Below are positions 46,708 through 56,500 of a stretch of 64,000 bases of DNA, in pieces. Under the pieces are notes generated by a model. That model did not search any database. It was not told where the DNA came from and saw only the letters and a list, made by a program, of their open reading frames with translations. Each line of letters starts with the position of its first letter. Position 1 is the first letter of the stretch. The translations under genes were made by a program, and so were the position numbers. This DNA comes from a bacterium (GTDB lineage Bacteria > Fidelibacterota > Marinisomatia > Marinisomatales > TCS55). Location of the stretch: positions 3,940 to 67,939 of the forward strand of contig SGYN01000008.1 in assembly GCA_004321715.1 (NCBI GenBank), given 5' to 3'.

Positions 46708-49700
46708 TTATTTCATTAAAATTAGTTTTTTGCTAAATAATTCTTCACCCATCTCAACAATCAAAAGGTATACGCCACTAGTGGCAATAGAATTATCTCT
46801 TAATGTACCATCCCATGAAATTTTATGTATTCCTTGATCAAAATTATCTTGAGCAATAATCGCAATCTCTCTACCTATTAAATCAAATACTTTTATACTC
46901 ACAAAACTCATTTTTGGAATGGATAATGTAAAACTTGTACGAGGATTAAACGGATTCGGATATACATTGGATAGCTGATATTTTTTAGGAATATTAATAT
47001 TATCATCTACTGATAACTCATTCATTAGAGTAATTTCAAATGAGTTCAAATCACTGATAGATACTTCACCGTTTACATTACTATAAACACCCCAATATAA
47101 TTCCTTATTATCAACATAACCGAATAAAGATAATAAGGTATCATATGCTAACACTGTGGTGACTTCATTCTGCATATTAAATGTAAATATCGGGCGAATA
47201 AATTCAGGATCATCAAGTATGAAAAAAGTATTTATTCCTTCAAGATCTGAGCTATTCCAAGAAAAACTTATATTATCATCTGATGACGTTAGGGTATCTG
47301 CATATCCCGCAGCAGGTAATAACAGTGTTGGCACATCAGGATATTCTACATCAGATACCAAGTAGTTTAACACACTGTAAATATAATCTTTTTCACTGAG
47401 AAATGTTGAATTTGGAGGAGACACTGCATCCATATTAAAAGAAGAAAGAATAACACGATAATCAGGAGATGAATAACGCATTACAGCCCCATGAGATTCA
47501 TCTCCATTATAATAAAAAGAAAGACTTGCTCTTGGATCACCAAAAGTTGATAATGAATCAATTCCAACACTGCCAAGTGATAAAAATAACTTATTATCTG
47601 AATTTACACCAATGGGATCTCCTTCAACACCTCGTAATATTCCCCCCGTACGGAAACCGGCATAGCGCATTTCTAAATAATTATTTAATAATTCACTATC
47701 TGCTAATTCTTCACCTAGGTGACTACCAGAAAGAAAAAGGTTTTTTCCTGAATCTAGATATTCCATAATTACATTTTTTTCAACTGCTGATAATCCATTG
47801 CCATCTGCTGATCCAGTATTCCAAATCACTATATCTCGTATATCCAAATTTAGATCATCCAAGGGTGTTGAAGTCCTATCTAGAATCTCAAAACTTACAT
47901 TTAATGAATCCATTCCTTCTATGAAAACATCTTCAGTATTATCACCATTATCATCATCTACAAGAAGAATTGGAGGAATACCTATATTAATACTCCACTC
48001 CTCTGTAATCGATTCATTTCCATCAAAAGTAAGTGTGATATCAAAACTTGCAACACCTAGATCAACATTTTCACTGATATCAATTATAAAAGGATCAGCC
48101 GTATTATCTGATTGTTCATTAGTTGCAACCGTTCCAAACTGAGTGGTCGCATCTGAAATAGTAATGCCAGAATGATTTGTACTAATTTCTCCCAAAACGG
48201 AAGAAAGGTTATTCCCATAGTTTGCAACAGTGACAATAAGTGAAATTGTTTCTCCTGGATCAGGATATGCATTATCTCCTGAGACATTAAATTCAATATC
48301 GTCTAATAAAAGTAAATTCTCAATGGACATCAGCGTAAGTATATAATTGGCATTGGCACCGCTTGTGCTAGTAACTATAGGGTTGATAGTTGCAGAATTA
48401 TAAGAAGTCCAATTATTTAATACAGCAAATCCATCAGCATTAATATCAACTGGTATTTCAAAACCATCGTCTAACGTTCCTTGGTGCGTAAATACCTTTA
48501 ATTTCCAATTATAATTTGAATCACCATCAAACTGAATTAACAAATTATCCTGTGAACCAGAGCCTCTATTGATTTTCACATAATTAACACCCATATCATC
48601 TGGTAATTTATTTGATGGTGGTGTATAATTAACTAGAGCACCAGTTGCCGTACGCGTAATGGCTACAGGTGATATATTGCTAGCTTCTTCAAATTCACCT
48701 TCATAATAATTCCCATGGGATCTTGATCCAGTAAAATGACGCCAAGCCGAAAATTTAGTAAACTCATCAACAAAATTAGATCCATTATTTATAAAATAAT
48801 TATTGATAGCTGAAATCGTCCCACTAATTGGTGTTTCCCAAATATTTTTAACAGCACTATCACCAAAATTTTCATGAATATAAAGATTCCATATAGTAGA
48901 ACCATATTGATACAACCCACCTGATTCAAAGTAGTCTAAGCTCCGATACGGCTCATTTTGAAATGCTTGATCATATCCCTCATAGCCATTTAATTCATCC
49001 CAAACTATTTCCTCAGCCCATTGAGAAGAACATTCCCTATACCAAGAACCGCTAGGTCCAGGGTCTCCATCACAGCCAGTGTACGCATGCTGAACCAAAT
49101 GATGAAGTTCATGGGAAGTTGTAAGCTTGTTTTGGCTATCACTTAAATTTTTACTCATATAAATTCTATGATAACTACTTCCAGGAACATATCCATAAGT
49201 ACCTGATTGATATTCTATAGTAACTAAAAACATACTATTACTAGTACAGGTTAATGGGTTGATCCAACCTAAGTCAATATATACAGCTAAAGCATCTTCA
49301 ATATACTGGCCCATGTTTTCGACAAAGTCAGGATGACCACTATTATCGTTATCCTGCGCATTACTACCTGTTAGACCATCTTCACCCGTTAATTGATAGT
49401 TAAGCTGCACGTTCCCTTCAGGAGTAAAATATGATACTCTATCATTTGATCTTTCATCAATATCATTATTAATGTTATCTAATTTGATTTGTAGGTCACC
49501 AGGAAGTTGATCATAGTATTCTTGCGCATCATCAATAATTCCTAGGCCACAAGGAATATAATCTGGTTCTTCAAATTGATAGCGGGCAGGTAAAGATTCA
49601 GGAATTAATAATGTCCGAGCTTTTAATTCCACTGCTTTAACATCAGTTAAAAAACCATCATGCAGATCTTTATTAATAAGTAAAAAAGGATTATTAATAG

Positions 49701-49758
49701 CACTTAGTATATTTTGACTAAATAATAGAATAATAAATATTGTTGATATTCTTTTCAT
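46708..49758 (-). CDS. T9SS-secreted putative zinc metalloprotease (HExxH) with additional beta-rich and LLVDDD-type domains
   Basis: Signal peptide. TSHELHHLVQH at codons 214-224 (HELHHLVQH, codons 216-224 = 49087-49113). PPILLVDDDNGDNTEDVF module. CTD SNVYPNPFNPRTSF...SGVYLLIV...KKLILMK (46711-46971). Confidence 0.75.
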   Translation of the reverse strand: MKRISTIFIILLFSQNILSAINNPFLLINKDLHDGFLTDVKAVELKARTLLIPESLPARYQFEEPDYIPCGLGIIDDAQEYYDQLPGDLQIKLDNINNDIDERSNDRVSYFTPEGNVQLNYQLTGEDGLTGSNAQDNDNSGHPDFVENMGQYIEDALAVYIDLGWINPLTCTSNSMFLVTIEYQSGTYGYVPGSSYHRIYMSKNLSDSQNKLTTSHELHHLVQHAYTGCDGDPGPSGSWYRECSSQWAEEIVWDELNGYEGYDQAFQNEPYRSLDYFESGGLYQYGSTIWNLYIHENFGDSAVKNIWETPISGTISAINNYFINNGSNFVDEFTKFSAWRHFTGSRSHGNYYEGEFEEASNISPVAITRTATGALVNYTPPSNKLPDDMGVNYVKINRGSGSQDNLLIQFDGDSNYNWKLKVFTHQGTLDDGFEIPVDINADGFAVLNNWTSYNSATINPIVTSTSGANANYILTLMSIENLLLLDDIEFNVSGDNAYPDPGETISLIVTVANYGNNLSSVLGEISTNHSGITISDATTQFGTVATNEQSDNTADPFIIDISENVDLGVASFDITLTFDGNESITEEWSINIGIPPILLVDDDNGDNTEDVFIEGMDSLNVSFEILDRTSTPLDDLNLDIRDIVIWNTGSADGNGLSAVEKNVIMEYLDSGKNLFLSGSHLGEELADSELLNNYLEMRYAGFRTGGILRGVEGDPIGVNSDNKLFLSLGSVGIDSLSTFGDPRASLSFYYNGDESHGAVMRYSSPDYRVILSSFNMDAVSPPNSTFLSEKDYIYSVLNYLVSDVEYPDVPTLLLPAAGYADTLTSSDDNISFSWNSSDLEGINTFFILDDPEFIRPIFTFNMQNEVTTVLAYDTLLSLFGYVDNKELYWGVYSNVNGEVSISDLNSFEITLMNELSVDDNINIPKKYQLSNVYPNPFNPRTSFTLSIPKMSFVSIKVFDLIGREIAIIAQDNFDQGIHKISWDGTLRDNSIATSGVYLLIVEMGEELFSKKLILMK

Positions 49759-49851
49759 ATGAATGGCTCTTTGTAATAATTCCTCTTATTAATTTATACG
49801 TTCTTCAATTAATAATTACTCACCCGTAATTATTATAGAATAAATATATAA

Positions 49852-52455
49852 TTATTTCATTAAGACCATTTTATCTGAGGCGCGATACAAATTCTTTCCA
49901 GAATTCAAATCATTCGCAATTACTTCATAAAAGTAAATACCTGATGGGACTTGATTTCCTGAGAAATGTTTTCCATCCCAAGAAAAGCTATGGATACCAG
50001 CTGAATATTCTTTATTTCCTAAACGGTTAATTTCTCTACCAAGAATATCACTAATCACAATAGTAAGGTCCGCACGAACAGGTATTTCAATACGAATTTT
50101 CGTATCAGGATTAAATGGATTAGGATAATTTCCCATTAAGGAAAATTCTTTTGGCAGTAATTGCTCGATTGTAGATAATGCTCCCGTTACAACGGTAAGC
50201 GTACGAGTATCAGATTCAATAGATTCCAATCCATCAGATGCAACTACCTTCCACGTACCAGTAAGAGATTGATATTCGCCCAACATTTCGGCGACTTCTG
50301 CAGCTGATAAACTAACAGATATACCATCGGTTGCTGGAACATCAAGCATTGCTAAATCACCATCAAGCACAATTTTATATCCAATTAGGTCTCCATCTGG
50401 GTCAGAGACACTTCCTCCAAACAAAAATGTTAATTGATCAGTGGAGCTTAAATCAACGGTTTCACCATCTTGAGGAGTTGCTTGTGATATGGATCCTTCT
50501 GGCCCACCCAAGCCCATCAACCAGTCTACTGAATTAGATAATAATGTAGTAAAATCCTGTGCTGACTCAATAGGAAATGAGAAATATACTGTTTTAAATG
50601 GAGCATCTGCACCCATACCATTATATCTTGAACCGGTTTTATTAAAAGATTGATCTCCAACAAAAACGTATTCTGCAAGATCGACACTCATAAAGTCTCC
50701 CCAGTTAGTCCATCCAACTAATTCATAATCTAATGGACCATAGGCATTATCTTCCCATGTGGTAGTAATTGGATCATTATTCTCTCCATAATGATTTAAA
50801 TCACCACTACCACCATTGGCTCCATCTCCATCATTATCGGGGTCATTCCAATAGTAAGATAGTCCAAGATAGTCATATGCAAAATCTCCTTCAGAGAAGC
50901 TTCCTTCAGATGCTAAATCTGTTTTCCAAAAATAATCCATATCAGAATATAGTAAGCGACCTCCTCGATCTAGAAAATCACCAAAACCATGGACATCCTC
51001 ACCAGTTGATGGCATCGCACCTCCAGCCCATCCATGTTTGACAATTAATTCAAAATTAGAGTGATTAATCACGTCATAGTCAACACCGCCATGATCATTT
51101 ACATTCCAAACATAATAACCAGTTGATCCCAATAATGGATTTAAACCTGTGGCAGAAGTATAAATAGATCCCCACGTACCACCGAGACTGTCTCTTGTCC
51201 CATCCTGTAATACTAGAACTTTCTGTGATGGACTTGGAGAAGATACGCGAACAAAAGAACGGAGGCTACTAGAGCTCGATCTTCCTGTTACATCTGTAGC
51301 GCGAACATAAAAATTTACTGTATCACCAACATCCATAGATACGTCAGCTAAAAACCTTCCTTCAACTTCATCATCTTGAGTCATTGCATATTGTTGTGTA
51401 TACGGATTTGCACCAACTGGTGCAATAGTTACATTTAAGGTACATGCAAAAGCATCACCATCAAGGTCTACAACATCTGCCCAAACCTGTTTTTCCTCAG
51501 CCCAGGTATCGCTGAAATCAGGTAACTGTTCAACAAAAGGAGGTACTGCCTCATACTGTACGACCACTTGAGCTATATGATGATAAGGAAACTCTCCATT
51601 CCAGATACCATACCATGCGCCACCTTCTGGCGCAATAGAATGTAAGGTAGAGCGACATGACCAATTATCTGTAGGATCCACTGATCCATCTTGCCAAATC
51701 GTTGCAATATTATCTACTCCTGCAGTAGAAGCCATATTATATCCTACATATACATATAACATATCATCAGGGACACCAAGAGAATCAGAAGTGACATTAA
51801 TACCTAAACCATCGAGGGTCCATGTTGGAAAGTCAAAAACATTCCAACCATTTGTAGCAGCTGCCCATGGATCCCATTGACCTTCAGCATTGAAATGATT
51901 ATCTGGAGCACTATTAGAAAATACAGTTGGAATTGTATAAGGCATCAACAGATCAATCGTACTTGGAAGTGTTCCATCATATGTATTTGCCATACTTGGG
52001 TACTGACCAAGCCATAGCCCTTCCTCATTCTGTTGATAAGCAGGACCATAGATCCAAACATCTACGGGAGCATAATCATTGGCTACATTTCCATCTGGAT
52101 CTATAACTCTTGTCATCACATGATATTGATTAATAATGCCAGCTGTTAATAAATGAACTCTTGTTACGACGGAATCGTCACCAGTTGTCTGATAGCCAGA
52201 CATAAAATCCCCATAATCTTCCACATAACTAGGATTAGTATAATAGGATATTGTATCCGTAATTGTTCGTTCCCCATCGCGACCAATACTTACACCTAGG
52301 CGGTGATTCATACCACATGAACATGATTTTATTTCAGCTCTTTTACTTAATAATTTTTGACCGCTAGATCTACTACTTTCCTTAGCAATCAAAATTGGCT
52401 GGGTGATTAAGATTATTACAAAAACTAATTTTACTATTTTATTATACATAGTCAT
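49852..52455 (-). CDS. T9SS-secreted large surface protein, function unknown
   Basis: Signal peptide. Asp/Gly/Trp/Tyr-rich. VLVLQDGTRDS module resembling the LLVDDD module of the next gene. CTD GNYPNPFNPDTKIRIEI...SGIYFYEV...DKMVLMK (49855-50133). Confidence 0.75.
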   Translation of the reverse strand: MTMYNKIVKLVFVIILITQPILIAKESSRSSGQKLLSKRAEIKSCSCGMNHRLGVSIGRDGERTITDTISYYTNPSYVEDYGDFMSGYQTTGDDSVVTRVHLLTAGIINQYHVMTRVIDPDGNVANDYAPVDVWIYGPAYQQNEEGLWLGQYPSMANTYDGTLPSTIDLLMPYTIPTVFSNSAPDNHFNAEGQWDPWAAATNGWNVFDFPTWTLDGLGINVTSDSLGVPDDMLYVYVGYNMASTAGVDNIATIWQDGSVDPTDNWSCRSTLHSIAPEGGAWYGIWNGEFPYHHIAQVVVQYEAVPPFVEQLPDFSDTWAEEKQVWADVVDLDGDAFACTLNVTIAPVGANPYTQQYAMTQDDEVEGRFLADVSMDVGDTVNFYVRATDVTGRSSSSSLRSFVRVSSPSPSQKVLVLQDGTRDSLGGTWGSIYTSATGLNPLLGSTGYYVWNVNDHGGVDYDVINHSNFELIVKHGWAGGAMPSTGEDVHGFGDFLDRGGRLLYSDMDYFWKTDLASEGSFSEGDFAYDYLGLSYYWNDPDNDGDGANGGSGDLNHYGENNDPITTTWEDNAYGPLDYELVGWTNWGDFMSVDLAEYVFVGDQSFNKTGSRYNGMGADAPFKTVYFSFPIESAQDFTTLLSNSVDWLMGLGGPEGSISQATPQDGETVDLSSTDQLTFLFGGSVSDPDGDLIGYKIVLDGDLAMLDVPATDGISVSLSAAEVAEMLGEYQSLTGTWKVVASDGLESIESDTRTLTVVTGALSTIEQLLPKEFSLMGNYPNPFNPDTKIRIEIPVRADLTIVISDILGREINRLGNKEYSAGIHSFSWDGKHFSGNQVPSGIYFYEVIANDLNSGKNLYRASDKMVLMK

Positions 52456-52480
52456 TCTCTCTTATCTTTTATATTATAAG

Positions 52481-53521
52481 TTAAAACTCTATCGTCAATT
52501 CAAATGAATGAATTGGTGCAAAATATTTATGGTCTTCAAATGAATAAGAAACCCAACTTTTCGTATTAAATACAGGACGAAGATTAAGACCAAATCCACC
52601 AGTAAATCCACGCATATTACCATTTAATTCTATTTCTGATGCTTTATTATCGAACATACCATTTAAATTACCATGTCCAATAACAAAATACATTAATTCT
52701 CCAAAATTATATTCTAAACCAAATGATAAAAATTCAGCTTGATCTGCAATGTTGTGAATAGCTAAACTAGGAATTAATTGATCACTTGCTCTTATTGGTA
52801 TAGATAATGACGAACCCAAATCAAAACTAATTGGTAATGAATAATTTTCTGAAGTCACTTCGATCCTAACATCTTCCTCTTCAAAAACATTGTCACTTAG
52901 TTTTATTGTTTGTTGAAGATTCTCTCCTTGATATTTTAAGTCACCACCAAAATTCTTTATCGAAAAACCAATGGTCATATCGTAGAACAAGCCAACTTTA
53001 TATATTGCACCCATATCGAAAGCTATACCACTTGCAGTTAACTTGTCTATGTTCTGTATCACATATTTAATTGTTCCGCCACCACTAAACTTATCAGTCA
53101 TGCTTCGCGCAAAGGATACAAATCCTGCAAAATCATTTGCAGTAAATGTTCTTCCAGTTCCAAGGGGTTGCAATTCAGTAGTCTCTTCTATATCACCAGA
53201 AAGTAAACCTAATAGACCCATAGATACTGTCCCAAAAGAGGGAACATTATAAGTGAAAGACATATAATCAAAACTCATCCCTACAAAATAATTTGAATGA
53301 TGGATAACAAAATTAGATCCAGTTAAAGTTGCAGTAGTCGCAGGATTATAGCTTAAAGCATCAATTAAACCGGGTCTAGCAACCATTGTACCAGCATTTG
53401 CAGCTCCCCTGGTTGTTGTGTTAATCTGCAAAAATTTTGCTCCAGCACTTCCCTGCCCTCCAATAAGGATATTATTGATTAGGAATAAGATAATGATACT
53501 ATGATGAAATATACTCTTCAT
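52481..53521 (-). CDS. PorV/PorQ-family outer-membrane beta-barrel (T9SS cargo shuttle-like)
   Basis: Signal peptide, then GSAGAKFLQINTTTRGAANAGTMVARPGLIDALSYNPATTATL, which follows my remembered PorV/PorQ N-terminal pattern (FL.I...AR..AMGGA......A...NPA.LA). Alternating beta-strand pattern. C-terminal ...ELTIEF with terminal Phe. Confidence 0.65.
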   Translation of the reverse strand: MKSIFHHSIIILFLINNILIGGQGSAGAKFLQINTTTRGAANAGTMVARPGLIDALSYNPATTATLTGSNFVIHHSNYFVGMSFDYMSFTYNVPSFGTVSMGLLGLLSGDIEETTELQPLGTGRTFTANDFAGFVSFARSMTDKFSGGGTIKYVIQNIDKLTASGIAFDMGAIYKVGLFYDMTIGFSIKNFGGDLKYQGENLQQTIKLSDNVFEEEDVRIEVTSENYSLPISFDLGSSLSIPIRASDQLIPSLAIHNIADQAEFLSFGLEYNFGELMYFVIGHGNLNGMFDNKASEIELNGNMRGFTGGFGLNLRPVFNTKSWVSYSFEDHKYFAPIHSFELTIEF

Positions 53522-53523
53522 TA

Positions 53524-56500
53524 TTAAGGGCCTAACACTATTGCAATTTTACCTTCTTTATACACCGTTTTACCCAACAACTCTCCTTCTAGTTGATAAA
53601 GATATAACCCGCTGGCAACTTTCAAGCCTTCATAATTTCTTAGATCCCAAGAAAGAGATCCTTCTTCATCATATACTTCATTATTACCAACAATCCCATC
53701 CTTGACTAATGTAGTAATCCATTCACCTGCGACATTAAAGATTCTAATTGTACAAGAAGCAGGCAAATGACGAAAATCTATATGTTGATTGAAACGGTTC
53801 TGATCCCACAGGGCTCGAACAATGTATGGGTTCGGAACTACTTTTACATCGCTTAATGAAGCGCGGCTTATTGTGTCAAGCATATTCACAGTATAGAAAG
53901 TGAATTTATCATTTACTGTTAAAGGTCTGGATGTTTTCATAAATAGCGTATCCGGAGTTTCTGTATTTGGTCCATCTGGATACGATAAAGCCTCCCCACC
54001 AACTATATTTTCATCAAATGGTAAAAATGTTACTTCAAAACTAGTAGGATTAAGCGCTGTATTTTTTTGTGCCTGCTCCGTTAATATTCGAAAAGCATTT
54101 TTAGTGTTTGCACCATTATCTTCATCTAAAACCCACCATAAATATTTTTTTTCTTGAGCTCTTCTAATATTATAAGACCATACCTTTTGATCCAAAGTCA
54201 TATTATATATACTAATTGGGGTACGTTGAGTAAAGAATGAATCATCTCCATTATTATTATATCGGAAGAATCCTACTGCAGAAGTATCTGATATAAGTGA
54301 GTCAGAATTATCATAGAATGTTATGTAATAATCATAGGGTTCTAAACTTTGAGATCGCAAATCAAATTTAAATATTTCTGCTACATTTGTGCCCAAATTC
54401 CAATAAACAGAGTCAATACTTAATGAAGGGTTTGTTACCATAAAAATGAAACCATGATTATTTGTAATTACTTCTTCATTTAAAATACTAGTAGATGATA
54501 AACCATAAACTGTTTCTGGAGATAATTTACCAGTAAATATATTGTTGGATGCATCTTCAAGGATTAATGGGTTATAGGCATACTGCGCAGAAGCACTTCC
54601 AGCTGTTAATGTCGAAGACATCTCAGATGATATATAAATAACTCCATCACCGTAGTTTAAAACACCTTTTACCGTATCCCCATCAGACACACCTTGAATA
54701 ATTCCATTTCCTAAATCCTCTAGTTGTACATCATTAATGGACAAAGTAAAGGAACCAGGGATGACAACGCCCAATGGAAGACTTCCATCAATTTCTGATG
54801 TAGAACCTGCAATACTCAATGTATCGAAATAGTCTACCCCAGGGACAAAATCATTTAATGGTTCAATGCTACCAACATCTACAAGAATAGAATCGATTAA
54901 AATTCCATAATCTGCCGATTCATTAGTTGATTGCAATGGATCACTTTGAAAAAAGTGAATTTCATAATTATGACCAGTTAAATTTTCATAACTGGTTATT
55001 GCTTTTAGAAATTGTCCTGTTGATGGTCCAGAATGCACATAATTAGAAATTTTTGGTGCTCCTTCTAGTTCTAGTGCCATATGCTGCGGGCGAACCATTA
55101 TAATGTTCTGATATAGGCTACTTTCTAAAGGAGGAATATCTGCTACTGGTACACCTTGATCATAGGAAACAACAGAATAAAAATAATTCATTCCATCAAT
55201 CAAACCTTCATCTAAAAATGTGTAGGATAAACCATTTTGATTTCCAATTTCTTGTGCGGCAAAAGTTTTTATGATAAAGATATCGCCGTCTCTTGGGCTT
55301 AATGACTGTTGAGATATTTCAATATCACTAATTACACCATCTAAATCTAGATCCTTATATTCTCCATTAGATAGTCTGACAAAAAATCCATCAAGGTATA
55401 TAAAATACCCATCTCTATATACATCAATATCTGATAATGTTCCACTAAGAGCTTGCATCTCAGTACTGTCATATTCAGCATATGTACGGAAACCCTCCCC
55501 CATGGTCATTGAAGCAATATTTGGTAGAACAGATTGCTTATTCGTTACATTATAAATTACCATTTTTAAGGTATCCAAAGTAACGCCATCAATATCTATT
55601 TGATGACTCATAAGTTCAATTGTGTATTCTGCTTCAATAAATCGATCTTCAATTGCCTCTACTGACGGATTTGCACTGATATCACCAGTACCTAAAGGGC
55701 CAATAAACTTTGATATAGCATTTGAAGTCCCTTTTGAATACTCAACAATACCCGACCAGTCTGATGAATCTCCATCGATATCATAATCAGCAAGTAAGGT
55801 CCAATCATTTTGAAGACCAGATAGGGATCGATATATTCGATAACCAGCAAAATCTGCTAATCCAGTAAATGGATCAATTACCGTTTCAGGAAAGTTATCC
55901 CATGATAAATAAATAGCCTCGTGTGCTGGTTGAACACTGAGTTTTGGCGATGGTGGCGCTTCAGCTCCAATATATCCTGCATTAAACTTGTCAATTGCTG
56001 ATTGTGTATTCTTTTTTAAATCTGATAAAGATGATCCTGCTACCAAAGCAACAGTTACACTAATAGATTTTCCAGGATCTAATTGAATTACGGGTCCACT
56101 GGTAGCTAATTGTCTTACATCTTGTGGTTCTTCGAATACTTCAAAGCTATCAACCATTGATAATTGAAAATACTTGATATGATCCATTTCATCATCATCC
56201 ACATCTCCTGGATGACCTTCACTTTGACCAAGATCTGAACGAATCCATGTCTGAAAACCAGTTAAGCCTATTTGCCAATCATTTATTTCATTACCTGCAG
56301 GAGGAACACCCTGGGAAGGATCACCTATAGAATCTACAGGGGTTTCTACAAAAACTGATCCTAAATAACCGGCGGGAGCAATCCACCCTGATTCTTCTGA
56401 GTCCGAATCATAAGAATACCCTAAGTTTAATGATCGATCAAAACCTATTAAATCATCATCAGCATAACCCACATCATTATCCATAAAATATCCTACATAA

